This document shows positions 51,727 through 61,490 of a stretch of 64,000 nucleotides of DNA, in pieces. Position 1 is the first letter of the stretch; the number at the start of each line of letters is the position of its first letter. Made by a program: the position numbers and the translations under genes. The notes beneath the pieces are model-generated. The model was given only the letters and a program-made list of their open reading frames with translations. It searched no databases and had not been told where the DNA came from. The stretch covers positions 1,333 through 65,332 of the forward strand of contig CAUZIZ010000009.1 of assembly GCA_963579905.1 (NCBI GenBank). The letters run 5' to 3'. The stretch comes from Acidobacteria bacterium UBA6911 (GTDB lineage Bacteria; Acidobacteriota; UBA6911; RPQK01; JAJDTT01).

Positions 51727-53073
51727 CTAGCGTTTCGTCGCCTGGCTGGAAACTGCCGCAGGTTCTCCGACACAGAACAGCTTTTCGTTGGTTCGGATGA
51801 AGAGCTGGCCCTGCGCCGTTATGACCGAGGAGCGGACCGGGGAGTCAGAGGGGCCCTCCATGGGAATTTGGGCCAGGATCTCACCGTCGGCTGCACTGAC
51901 GACGACAACCTCACCATCGAAGTTGATTAGATAGATTTTCCCGTCAGCTGCCAGCGGAGAGGCTTCGTATTTTGCCATTCCTGGAGTCTGGATGGACCAC
52001 TTGATCTTGCCGGTCTTGGGCTCGACCCGCGAGAGGAATTTCCGGAGATCGCTGAGGACGAAGAAATCGCCTTCGTAGTAGGCAGGTGTGGGGACGTCTG
52101 ATGAGACCGCTCGGGCCTCCTTCTCTTTGCTGACCCAGACGATCGAATCGTCGTCCAGTTTTCCGGAGCCGCCGGTCTTGATGGCGTACACGGGATCGCG
52201 TTTGGGTGCACAAACCAGAATGACATCCTCGTTTGCAACGGGCGAGGGGACGTGACGCCAATGGCCGATCCGAGTCGGATTCCAGGTTCCCCAGCGCCAT
52301 AATTCCTTGCCGGTCGCCAGGTCGTGGCCGCTCAAATCGTCTCCGCCAATGACCAGAAGCTCCTTACGCCCTCTGTGCTCGAAGGGAACGGGGGTGGTGA
52401 AGGACTCTCGAGATTCAGCTTGAGCCTCGCTGGGTCGGATGTGACGCCAGAGCGTCTTTCCGGTCTGTGGTTCCATCGCCAGGAGGTAGGACTTGTTCAT
52501 CTGATCCTTGAGGCCTCGTCCACTGACCGGAACGTCGCGTTGGAGAACCTGAAGGTAGAGTTTTCCCTCGTACAAGACGGGGCTCGAGGCGAAGGTCCAA
52601 CCGAAGGCAAATTCACCATAGTCCTTCTGGATATTTCGAGCCCACATCTGCCTTCCCGAAAAATCGTAGGTGACCATCTCGCCGTTGCCATAGAAGAAGA
52701 CGGCTACCTTGCCGTCAGTGGCAGGGGAGGGCGCCGCATAGGTACTGCGATGGTCGCGTCGGAGGCCCTGGGATAGGGTGTGGTGCCATAGCAGTTTCCC
52801 CGTACTGCGATCGAAGCAGAGGGCCTTCAGTTCTTCGCTAGCCGAATCCGTGCTGGAGACGAATACGTGGTCGCCCCAGACCACTGGAGTGGCTGCGCTG
52901 GGCCCGGGCATGTTTTTGCTCCAGGCGATGTTCTCAGTCTTGCTCCAGCTGCTGGGAAGATTCTTTTCGTCACTAGAGCCGTTGAAGTTCGGTCCCCGCC
53001 ACTGGCCCCAGTTACCGGCGGCTGCGGAGGACCCCATCAGCAGCATTACGGAAAAAAGCGTCGCGAATCTCAT
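51727..53073 (-). CDS. PQQ-binding-like beta-propeller repeat protein
   Basis: NWGQWRGP, repeated TGK.LW motifs, ASSPV and LFIRT..LFC. Confidence 0.9.
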   Translation of the reverse strand: MRFATLFSVMLLMGSSAAAGNWGQWRGPNFNGSSDEKNLPSSWSKTENIAWSKNMPGPSAATPVVWGDHVFVSSTDSASEELKALCFDRSTGKLLWHHTLSQGLRRDHRSTYAAPSPATDGKVAVFFYGNGEMVTYDFSGRQMWARNIQKDYGEFAFGWTFASSPVLYEGKLYLQVLQRDVPVSGRGLKDQMNKSYLLAMEPQTGKTLWRHIRPSEAQAESRESFTTPVPFEHRGRKELLVIGGDDLSGHDLATGKELWRWGTWNPTRIGHWRHVPSPVANEDVILVCAPKRDPVYAIKTGGSGKLDDDSIVWVSKEKEARAVSSDVPTPAYYEGDFFVLSDLRKFLSRVEPKTGKIKWSIQTPGMAKYEASPLAADGKIYLINFDGEVVVVSAADGEILAQIPMEGPSDSPVRSSVITAQGQLFIRTNEKLFCVGEPAAVSSQATKR

Positions 53074-53401
53074 CTCAGCCGTCTCCTAAGTTTTGGACAG
53101 GTAACAGTTCTCAGTATGAAATCATGTTCGGGTTCCAGAAGCAAAGCTCTGGCGCCGCGCAAGCTCCCTGGAAGCGATCGTGTCCTTGATTCATGTCCTA
53201 TTCCAGGCGGGTTTCGACACACTTTATGGATAGCGTCTGGTAGAGCCCAATTGAAGCCATCGGGCACTTGCCCAGATCGCGACGGCCCACTCCACATAGG
53301 CTCCATACTTCTGTTGCACCTGCTCTTCTTTTGCAGCGTTTTTGAGCTGATCTGGGCCGCCGGAATTACCTTATTTGTCCTGCTGGAGGAGGTGCTGTTC
53401 T

Positions 53402-54883
53402 TCAGATCCTCGGGGGACGGTTAGTTGGTGGCTCAGCTGCCCCGATCCCAGCGGTGTGCCATCTTCTCCAGCTTTTCCAGGGTGCCGCATACGCGGGGTC
53501 CCCGGCCAGATTGTCCTGCTCATCGGGATCCCTGCGAAGGTTGTAGAGGGACCTTTCTTGATGCTGGATTCGCTGATCCATCAAGAAAACGAGCTTCCAT
53601 TCTTGGGTTCGTACCATCACGCGGCGGCCCCCATCCTTGCGAAGCTCATCGTAGGCGTCCTCGCTGTAGTCGTGCTCACTGAAGCAGGCGGGACGCCACT
53701 GCTGCATCTCCCCGAGAATCAGAGGCAGAAGGCTTCTTCCCCGAATGTTGTCAGGAGGATCAAACCCGGAAAGCTCCAGCAGAGTCGGCAGGAAGTCCAC
53801 CATTTCAACCGGCTTCTGGACGACATTCCCGGCCGGCAAGCGGCCCGAGGCACTCATGATGAAAGGGACCCGCACGTTGGAGTCATAAAAATCCCGCTTC
53901 TTCCAGACACCGTGCTCTCTCAGCTGGAAGCCTTGATCCGAGTTGATGACGATGATGGTATCGCTCAGTCGGTTGGATTCCTCTAGGACTCTTAGCAGCT
54001 TACCCACCTGATCATCTACCAGTCGGATCATCCCGTAGTAGGTTCCACGGGCCAGCTGAATCTGCTCTGTAGTGAGATCAGGCGCTCCGCCGTAGATGTG
54101 GATGTTCTCCCGCTCGTAGCGCGGCTTCTTGATCAGTTCCGCGGCTGTGGGAAGGGGGAGGTCTATTCTATTTGGGTCAACGTAGTGGGAGGGCGAGATA
54201 TGGCAGGCAACGTGAGGGGCGTGGAAGGAGACGCGCAGGGAGAAGGGCTGGTTGGTTGCCGTCAGTTGCCTCAAGCGCTCAACCGCTCGAGGAACGTCCT
54301 CAACTCCGGAGGCTGGAATGTCCAGTAGTCCGCCGATCATCCACTCATGGGTCTTGGTAAGGACCCGAGAAAGCAGCCGATCTCGCCACTTGAGCCTCAA
54401 GTGCTTGGTTGGCTTTCCGTGACTGTCCAGATCCGCGGGGGGATTCCCGTGCTGGAGCCAGTCCTGACTGAAAGCGTGGAGCTTGCCAACATTCTTTGGC
54501 TGGATACCTGCCTTCTTCCAGAGTTTCAGCAGCGAAGGATAGTGCGGCAGCACCTTCTTCCGGTAAAGACCCCGTGGCTGCGCAGGCTTTCCCATCGCCA
54601 TGATACCGGTCTCGTGAGCGTAGAGGCTTGCCTTCATCGAGGTACGGGAGGGGATGCAGACCGGGTTCTGAACAATAGCCGACTCGAAGTGGATGCCAGC
54701 AGAAGCGATCCGATCCATATGGGGGGGCAGCGCCCAGGACCTGCCGTACGATCCCAGCGCATCGGCACGGCCATCGTCCAACATGATCCAGAGGACGCTA
54801 GGCGGGTCGGCTGGGACTTCCGTTGCGGCAGATGCAGGCACGACCAGCATCGCCAGGAAAAGGAAAATCGGGATGTATCGCAT
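53402..54883 (-). CDS. Sulfatase (choline/arylsulfatase-like), probable frameshift near the C-terminus
   Basis: IMLDDGRAD, CIPSR, VGKLH, SFHAPH, NSDQG and VRVPFI. Near 53487 the more plausible tail lies in another frame (LEKLEKMAHRWDRGS*). Confidence 0.88.
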   Translation of the reverse strand: MRYIPIFLFLAMLVVPASAATEVPADPPSVLWIMLDDGRADALGSYGRSWALPPHMDRIASAGIHFESAIVQNPVCIPSRTSMKASLYAHETGIMAMGKPAQPRGLYRKKVLPHYPSLLKLWKKAGIQPKNVGKLHAFSQDWLQHGNPPADLDSHGKPTKHLRLKWRDRLLSRVLTKTHEWMIGGLLDIPASGVEDVPRAVERLRQLTATNQPFSLRVSFHAPHVACHISPSHYVDPNRIDLPLPTAAELIKKPRYERENIHIYGGAPDLTTEQIQLARGTYYGMIRLVDDQVGKLLRVLEESNRLSDTIIVINSDQGFQLREHGVWKKRDFYDSNVRVPFIMSASGRLPAGNVVQKPVEMVDFLPTLLELSGFDPPDNIRGRSLLPLILGEMQQWRPACFSEHDYSEDAYDELRKDGGRRVMVRTQEWKLVFLMDQRIQHQERSLYNLRRDPDEQDNLAGDPAYAAPWKSWRRWHTAGIGAAEPPTNRPPRI

Positions 54884-54892
54884 TGTTTCGAC

Positions 54893-55074
54893 CTTAGGGT
54901 CTAAGCAAAAATAACTTGGCATTTTGGCATCTCATCTTCATACCATCTTCGGCCGCTCGCGAAATCCTCAATGTAGACCAGGCTACGCCTGAGGTTTCGC
55001 TCAATCGTTCGCGGCCAAATCTGGTGCAAATCTGAGCGCCAATTCTACCAAGTTATTCTTGCGCAGACCCTTAG
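54893..55074 (-). mobile_element. MITE family M3, copy 1
   Basis: CTTAG at both ends; TIR GGGTCT..GCAA(A/G)AATAACTTGG. Degenerate reverse complement of 57172-57360. Confidence 0.9.
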
Positions 55075-55245
55075 TCCCGTTACCCGGAGCGCTAGCCCCA
55101 GTCGAGAAAGAAACTTCGGTTGAGTACGGGGGAGATTTTGCTGCTGACCGGCTCTCTCTTTGGAATCTGGGTTGATATTGCTAGCGGGTCAAGTCGTTCG
55201 CGGCTCTGCCGGACTTGGCTTCGCAATACGGGTAGTTCACCCGTC
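55071..55245 (-). mobile_element. Modular repeat cassette H (R end plus cargo 6), abutting MITE M3
   Basis: TTAGTCCCG..GCGCTAGCCCCAGTCGAGAAAGAAACT 55071-55115. Downstream sequence matches about 14150-14235. Confidence 0.7.
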
Positions 55246-55280
55246 CGTGGGTTCGTTGGCTTCCCAGGTTTCCGTATTGT

Positions 55281-55349
55281 TCACTGCTCACTGCTCACTG
55301 CTCACTGCTCACTGCTCACTGCTCACTGCTCGCTGCTCGCTGCTCGCTG
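55281..55349 (+). repeat. Heptamer tandem repeat (TCACTGC/TCGCTGC), about 10 units
   Basis: Directly visible. Confidence 0.95.
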
Positions 55350-55528
55350 GCCGGAGTATACCAGCGTAGTCAGCGTGAATAGAATTTCCAGCGTCTGGAA
55401 CGTCTAATAGAAGATTTTGAGGTTCTAGACTGGTCTTCAGGCTAGAATTGGTCTAGCCAAGCTCTTAGGGGCGTCGTGCTCTGCGTCTTGTGCTAGAAAA
55501 GATGGATTGAATCTTGTCAGGAGAGGCG

Positions 55529-57175
55529 ATGGGTGGTTACTACCTGAAGTGGAGCCGAGCCGATAAACCCGAGACCTTTGATTTGCTCCAGGAGGAGACA
55601 TTCATCGGGCGTAGGTCGGACTCCGGGATTGTGCTGCGGGATCCGTATGTTTCTAGGCGACATGCCAAGCTGGTCCAGAACGAAGGCGGCTTTACCCTTG
55701 TCGACCTGGAGAGTACTCATGGCACCTTCGTCAACGGGCTCCAGATCAAGGAACAGAACCTGAAAGAGGGGGATTGTATCCAGCTGGGTAGGGGGGATGT
55801 CGAGTTGATTTTTCTTTCCCCCGGCTACGTTGGAGCTCCCAACACGATGATCGTGGACCGAGATCTCCAGAAATCGGTTCTGCAATTGTCCACGGTCCTA
55901 CCCTCGGCCACAGCCAAGTCCTCGGACTTGGAGAAGATATCGCATGTCCTCGATTTCCAATATGAATGGGAAAAGAGTTTTTCTGCTGAGAAGACCTTGC
56001 AGCAACTCCTGGGATCGGCCCTGGACGTGAGCGGCGCCGAGCGGGGCTTTCTTCTGACTCGTACTCCTGAAGGGTTCAGCTATGTTGCGGGAATGAACCA
56101 TAAGAGCCAGCTTCTTTCCGAGCTGGAGTTCCAGACGAGCCAGAGTGTCGTCGAGCAGGTGGACCGAGAGGGAAAGCCGCTTTTCATGACCGAGGGGATT
56201 GACCAGAATCTTGCTAAGCAGGAGAGCATCGTCAACCTTCAGCTTCGTGCTGTGGCTTGTATGCCGCTGAAATGGCTGTCTTCCGAGTCAGAGGCTCCGG
56301 TAGTAAGGGGCATCCTTTACCTCGACAGTACCAGAACCATGCACACGTTGACGGGACTCGATCAGAAGATTCTAACCAGAATCTCCGTTGAGGTCGGTAA
56401 CGTCTTCGAAAAACTGGAGCTGATCCAGAGTCTGGAGCAGGGACGAGTGGTCGAGAAGGAACTGGCCTTGGCTCAGGCGACTCAGCAGGCGCTTCTCCCG
56501 CAGGAGATACCCGACTCGGAGCACTTCTCAGTCCACGCCTACAGCAGTCCCACCCGCTACGTCGGTGGAGACTACTACGATTTTCTAGGCGGGGGCGCGG
56601 GAGGTCTAACAGGTGTACTGGCGGATGTTTCCGGGAAGGGTGTGTCGGCGGCTCTCTTGAGTTCCTTCCTGCAGGGAGTGCTGGAGGCGGAGTATCAGTC
56701 TGGGGCCCCCCTGGATGAAGTCCTCAATCGCACCAATCGGCATCTTTATCAGAAAACGCAGAGCAATCGATTCGTAACACTCTTTCTCTTCAGTCTCAGC
56801 GGTAGCGGAGAGGGCGCCTATATCAGTGCCGGTCACAACCCCGCTTATTTGTTACGGTCTTCGAGCGGTGAGGTCGAGGAACTGCCCTCGAAGAATCCGA
56901 TTCTGGGGGCCTTTGATTTTGTTACCTATGAGACCACCCCTTTTCAGCTGCAACTCGGCGATCTACTAGTTGTCTACTCCGACGGTGTGACCGAAGCGAT
57001 GGATCCGGATGGCAATATGTTCGAAGAAGAGAGGTTGATCCAGCTTGTGCAGGAGTTCGGGCCCTCCGGTGGGGAGGTTCTCGAAGAGAAGATCCTGGAG
57101 TCACTCGACCAGTTCACGCGAGGCATGTCCCAGTCCGATGACATTACGTTTCTCCTGATCGAGAGGATTGCCTAA
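55529..57175 (+). CDS. FHA-GAF-PP2C (SpoIIE/RsbU-like) protein phosphatase
   Basis: FHA motifs IGR, VSRRHA and STHGTFVNG; central GAF; VGGDYYD, ADVSGKG, YSDGVTEA and DDIT. Confidence 0.93.
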   Translation: MGGYYLKWSRADKPETFDLLQEETFIGRRSDSGIVLRDPYVSRRHAKLVQNEGGFTLVDLESTHGTFVNGLQIKEQNLKEGDCIQLGRGDVELIFLSPGYVGAPNTMIVDRDLQKSVLQLSTVLPSATAKSSDLEKISHVLDFQYEWEKSFSAEKTLQQLLGSALDVSGAERGFLLTRTPEGFSYVAGMNHKSQLLSELEFQTSQSVVEQVDREGKPLFMTEGIDQNLAKQESIVNLQLRAVACMPLKWLSSESEAPVVRGILYLDSTRTMHTLTGLDQKILTRISVEVGNVFEKLELIQSLEQGRVVEKELALAQATQQALLPQEIPDSEHFSVHAYSSPTRYVGGDYYDFLGGGAGGLTGVLADVSGKGVSAALLSSFLQGVLEAEYQSGAPLDEVLNRTNRHLYQKTQSNRFVTLFLFSLSGSGEGAYISAGHNPAYLLRSSSGEVEELPSKNPILGAFDFVTYETTPFQLQLGDLLVVYSDGVTEAMDPDGNMFEEERLIQLVQEFGPSGGEVLEEKILESLDQFTRGMSQSDDITFLLIERIA

Positions 57176-57360
57176 GGGTCTGCGCAAGAATAACTTGGTA
57201 GAATTTGCGCTCAGATTTGCACCAGATTTGGCCGCGAACGATTGAGCGAAACCGCAGACGTAGCCGGGTCTACGTTGAGGATTTCGCGATTGAGGAGCGG
57301 CCGAATCTGGTGTGAAGATGAGATGCCAAGATGCCAAGTTGTTTTTGCGCAGACCCTAAG
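57172..57360 (+). mobile_element. MITE family M3, copy 2
   Basis: CTAAG at both ends; TIR GGGTCTGCGCAAGAATAACTTGG / CCAAGTTGTTTTTGCGCAGACCC. The left TAA is the phosphatase stop codon. Confidence 0.9.
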
Positions 57361-57444
57361 AGAGGAGGGGCTTCAAATTGCTGGCAGTTCTGGCCGTTGG
57401 TGGCACTGTTTCGCGCTGGCTTCATTATCCAGAGATGCCTTCCT

Positions 57445-57487
57445 CAGCAACCAGCAACCAGCAACCTGCGACCTCCAACCTGCAACC
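57445..57487 (+). repeat. Degenerate heptamer repeat (CAGCAAC/CTGCAAC), about 6 units
   Basis: Directly visible. Confidence 0.8.
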
Positions 57488-57537
57488 GATAGGTCTTGCG
57501 TCCGCCGTGCCCGGAATCTACGATTGTGAAGTAGAAA

Positions 57538-60330
57538 ATGGCGAGCAATAGCGGATCAGGCGAGACCAGCCTCTCTAACAAGCAGTTGGGCGATTACGAA
57601 ATCCTCGATCTTCTCGGGAGTGGAGGGATGGGTGAAGTGTATCGTGCCCGAGACAACCGCTTGGATCGCCAGGTGGCCATCAAGGTGCTGCCCAACGAGT
57701 TCACGGAGGATCCGGAACGGTTGGCTCGCTTTGAGCGCGAGGCCAAGCTGCTGGCATCACTCAATCACAGCAACATTGGCGCGATCTACGGTTACGAGGA
57801 GGCCGAAGGTCAGAAGTTCTTCGTCTTGGAGCTGGTTGAGGGTGAGACGCTCGCACAGCGGTTGGATAAAGGGCCTTTTCCGCTACGAGATGCCCTCAGA
57901 GTCGCGATTCAGATCGCCGAGGGCGTAGAGGCCGCGCATGAGCGAGGAGTCATTCATCGCGACCTGAAACCTGCAAATGTCAAGTTGACTCCGGATGGTA
58001 GGGTCAAGGTTCTGGACTTCGGCCTGGCCAAGGCGCTGGAGCGGGAGGAGGAGTCCCCTCGGATCGATCTAACCCGATCTCCAACACTGACCCACGACTC
58101 GACTCGTGCCGGCGTCATTCTGGGCACGGCTCCCTATATGAGTCCAGAGCAGGCTGAAGGAAAGTCGCTCGATCCGCGATCCGACATCTTTTCTTTTGGT
58201 TCCCTGCTCTACGAGATGATTACGGCTCAACAGGCGTTCTCAGGTGACACCCAGACGCGAGTTCTGGCTGCCATCCTGGAGAAGGATCCGAAGCCGATTG
58301 GCGAGATTGTCCAAGGGACACCACCCGAGGTGGATCGGATCATCGCCCGATGTCTTCGCAAGGATCCTGGACGTCGATTCCAGCACATGCAGGACTTGAG
58401 GCTGACGCTCGAGGATTGCCTACACGATCAGGAAGTTCCTTCTGCTCGGAAGCGTCGAGATGGGTCAGTCCTATTGTGGAAGCGGATGGCGGTTGCCTTG
58501 GGTGTCCTACTGGTGCTGGCTCTGGGATTGTCGACCTACCGCTGGGCCCGGCACCGACTTCACGACCGGCAGCCGGTTCTCAGCCGTGTCACCTCGGTTT
58601 CGGGACTCACCATTGATCCGGCATTTTCCGGCGACGGTAGCCTATTGGGATACGCCTCCGATCGCAGTGGGGACGGCAACCTGGATATCTGGATCCAACA
58701 AATCGGTGGAGGCGTCTCCCGTAGAACTGCTCACTTAGCCGACGACCGTCAACCTTCGTTCCATCCGGATGGCACCAAAGTAGTCTTTCGTTCCGAGAGG
58801 GCTAGCGGAGGTATCTACTGGACAACGACGCTGGGCGACGAAGCCAGCCCCAGATTGATGGTGGAAGAGGGCCGTCGGCCTCGAGTTTCCCCTGACGGCA
58901 GCCAGATTGCCTACTGGATTGGCCAGATCGGATCGGGATACAAACGGGGAAGTCTCTACACTATCGCATGGGGGGAGAGTCTTCCCCTCCGGTTGACCCC
59001 AGACTTTGCCGTGGCTAGTCACCCGGTCTGGTCGCCCGATGGAGAGTACATTCTGTTTCTGGGTTGGCCTGAAGCCAACACGATGGAAGACGAGGATTTT
59101 GATTGGTGGATGGTGAGCCTCGAAGACGGCAAGACTCAAGCTCTGGGAATGGGCAGGAGACTGACTAGGCGTGGGCTGAGTCAACCCGTCATTCCCAGTG
59201 TGTGGGTTGAAGATAGCAATGAATTGATTTTTTCGGCAACAATGGGAGACAGCACCAACCTTTGGCAGGTTCCGGTATCGACTCTCACGATGTCGATCTC
59301 TGGCCCGTTGGAACAGCTAACTGCTGGGGTAGGTCCCGAGCTGCAGCCCCACGCGGTTGCTCCCAATAAGATCGTATTCTCAACCCAAATGGAGAACCTC
59401 GACCTCTGGAGCCTCGACATCGATGCGGATGCCGGCCGAGTGCCCGAGCGGGCTGAGTTGAAGCGTTTGACGAATCACGCCGGCGAGGACTCCCAGCCAT
59501 CCTTATCAACGGACGGAAATAAGGTTGCCTTCGTCTCGACCCGATCCGGCAATCCTGATATCTGGTTGATGGATCTGCAGGCCCAGACGTCGATCAACCT
59601 GACTGCCACTCCGGGGGACGAACGGTGGCCAAAAACAGGGCTAACCGGTTCCCGGGTGGCATACGGTACCCGAACCCGAAGTGCCGAGCGTTGGACCATC
59701 TATACGGTTGAAACGGAAGGAGATCTGACCCGAAGGAAGAGTTGTGGCGACTGTGGCCGGCCACTCGATTGGTGTTCGACTGGAGACTATATTCTCTACG
59801 TCAAAGGCCAATCCAATCGAAGCGTGTGGATGTTGGAGGAGGCGACCTCTCGGAAGGTGAAGTTATTGGAGCACCCGGAATTCGACGTAATCCAGGCTCG
59901 CCCTGATCCCAGCGACCGCTGGATCGCCTTTACGGTTGAGGAGGAGCCGCTCAAGGCCCGAGTCTACATTGCTCCTTTTCGGATGGAGGATCTGGCGGAT
60001 GAAGCCGGGATTGAAACGACCCAGTGGATGCCTGTGACTGATGGTCAGCGCTGGGACGGGATGGCCCGATGGTCACCGAACGGAAACTTCCTGTATTTCG
60101 TATCTGACCGCGGGGGGTCTCGGGGTATTTGGGCCCAGAGGCTCGAACCCAGCAGTAAGAAACCCATAGGTACCCCACGCTTGATCCGACACTTTGAAGA
60201 AACTCGTTTGTCGCTCTCAGGAGTCTCACCTGGCTCCCTCAGGATCAACGTGGCCAAGGACAAGATCGTCTTTACGCTGAGAGAGATGACGGGCGATATC
60301 TGGCTGGTGGACTTGAGCAGCCGGGATTGA
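57538..60330 (+). CDS. Hanks-type Ser/Thr protein kinase with a TM helix and TolB/PD40 beta-propellers
   Basis: LGSGGMGEVY, VAIK, HRDLKPAN, DFG and YMSPE motifs; repeated P..S.DG..h motifs. Confidence 0.96.
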   Translation: MASNSGSGETSLSNKQLGDYEILDLLGSGGMGEVYRARDNRLDRQVAIKVLPNEFTEDPERLARFEREAKLLASLNHSNIGAIYGYEEAEGQKFFVLELVEGETLAQRLDKGPFPLRDALRVAIQIAEGVEAAHERGVIHRDLKPANVKLTPDGRVKVLDFGLAKALEREEESPRIDLTRSPTLTHDSTRAGVILGTAPYMSPEQAEGKSLDPRSDIFSFGSLLYEMITAQQAFSGDTQTRVLAAILEKDPKPIGEIVQGTPPEVDRIIARCLRKDPGRRFQHMQDLRLTLEDCLHDQEVPSARKRRDGSVLLWKRMAVALGVLLVLALGLSTYRWARHRLHDRQPVLSRVTSVSGLTIDPAFSGDGSLLGYASDRSGDGNLDIWIQQIGGGVSRRTAHLADDRQPSFHPDGTKVVFRSERASGGIYWTTTLGDEASPRLMVEEGRRPRVSPDGSQIAYWIGQIGSGYKRGSLYTIAWGESLPLRLTPDFAVASHPVWSPDGEYILFLGWPEANTMEDEDFDWWMVSLEDGKTQALGMGRRLTRRGLSQPVIPSVWVEDSNELIFSATMGDSTNLWQVPVSTLTMSISGPLEQLTAGVGPELQPHAVAPNKIVFSTQMENLDLWSLDIDADAGRVPERAELKRLTNHAGEDSQPSLSTDGNKVAFVSTRSGNPDIWLMDLQAQTSINLTATPGDERWPKTGLTGSRVAYGTRTRSAERWTIYTVETEGDLTRRKSCGDCGRPLDWCSTGDYILYVKGQSNRSVWMLEEATSRKVKLLEHPEFDVIQARPDPSDRWIAFTVEEEPLKARVYIAPFRMEDLADEAGIETTQWMPVTDGQRWDGMARWSPNGNFLYFVSDRGGSRGIWAQRLEPSSKKPIGTPRLIRHFEETRLSLSGVSPGSLRINVAKDKIVFTLREMTGDIWLVDLSSRD

Positions 60331-60492
60331 AATAGTGCTCTGTATCCGTTAGTACCCCATAGTCTAGGGTTCCTTGGTCGATGAAAAGTTCACAGACTGG
60401 TCAAGTTGTGGAATACAAGAGAAAGTCCTGGGCCTTTGAGAGAACACTGGTAGAGGTCGTGCTGACGCCTATCGCTGCGAGTATCGAGATAA

Positions 60493-60752
60493 GTCAACCC
60501 CAACGGGGTTGCGTCTTATAGCCCAGGGTTTCCGAACCCTGGGATGCGCGGGATAAATCAAGCCCTTGAGGACTCCTATGTAGCTCTAAAGATCAACCCT
60601 GTAGGGGTTGTGGAAGGTGAGGACCACGGCGCAATCGCGCACAGCTTGAAGCAGGAGGCCATAACCCCTACAGGGTTGGGATCAAAAGGGATGGCTGTTT
60701 GCCCAGGGTTAGGAAACCCTGGGCTGTACGCCGCAACCCCGTTGGGGTTGAC
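60493..60752. repeat. Free-standing nested palindromic REPIN-like element
   Basis: Arms GTCAACCCCAACGGGGTTGCG..AGCCCAGGGTTTCC.AACCCTGGG and their reverse complement; inner AACCCTGTAGGGGTT / AACCCCTACAGGGTT. A half-copy lies near 24030-24077. Confidence 0.88.
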
Positions 60753-60818
60753 CTCGCTGATGTCGGCGGTATGAGGCCGCTCGCTACGTCTAGGTTATTA
60801 CTTCAAAGGAGACGATCC

Positions 60819-61475
60819 ATGAATTCGTTCTCGAAAGTGCAGGTACCAGGGCCGGAAGAGGCTCTTCCAGGGCGTCAGGAGCAGATGCCTGTGGCGGAGT
60901 CTCACTTTATTCTGAAAAGCCCTCTGAGTCCTTCTTTTCCAGAGGAAATGGAGCTAGCTCTTTTCGGTATGGGCTGTTTCTGGGGCGCCGAGAGAAAGTT
61001 CTGGGAGGCGGAGGGCGTTTTTTCTACAGCGGTCGGTTATGCCGCGGGGCTCACTCCGAATCCCACCTATCAGGAAGTCTGCAGCGGCAGAACCGGACAC
61101 AACGAGGTGGTGCAGGTTGTGTTCGACCCAGGTTCTACCAACTACGAGGTCATGCTCAAGATTTTCTGGGAAAGTCACGATCCCACCCAGGGGATGAGGC
61201 AGGGCAACGATATGGGGACCCAGTACCGGTCGGGAATCTACACGTTCTCAGGCGAGCAGTCGAGCTTGGCTGAGACTTCTCGAAGTGCCTTCCAGGAGAT
61301 GCTGACCCAGGCCGGATTCGCCGCCATCACGACGGAGATCCTGGCCGCACCCGAATTTTACTACGCCGAGGATTACCACCAGCAATACCTGGCCAAGAAC
61401 CCCTATGGATACTGTGGTCTGGGTGGCACCGGGCTAACCTGTCCAGTTGGATTGAGCGCGGTTGAGGGCCGCTAA
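60819..61475 (+). CDS. msrA: Peptide-methionine (S)-S-oxide reductase
   Basis: [25 protein letters not shown] and AEDYHQQYL. Confidence 0.97.
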   Translation: MNSFSKVQVPGPEEALPGRQEQMPVAESHFILKSPLSPSFPEEMELALFGMGCFWGAERKFWEAEGVFSTAVGYAAGLTPNPTYQEVCSGRTGHNEVVQVVFDPGSTNYEVMLKIFWESHDPTQGMRQGNDMGTQYRSGIYTFSGEQSSLAETSRSAFQEMLTQAGFAAITTEILAAPEFYYAEDYHQQYLAKNPYGYCGLGGTGLTCPVGLSAVEGR

Positions 61476-61490
61476 CTGACCGATATCGGG

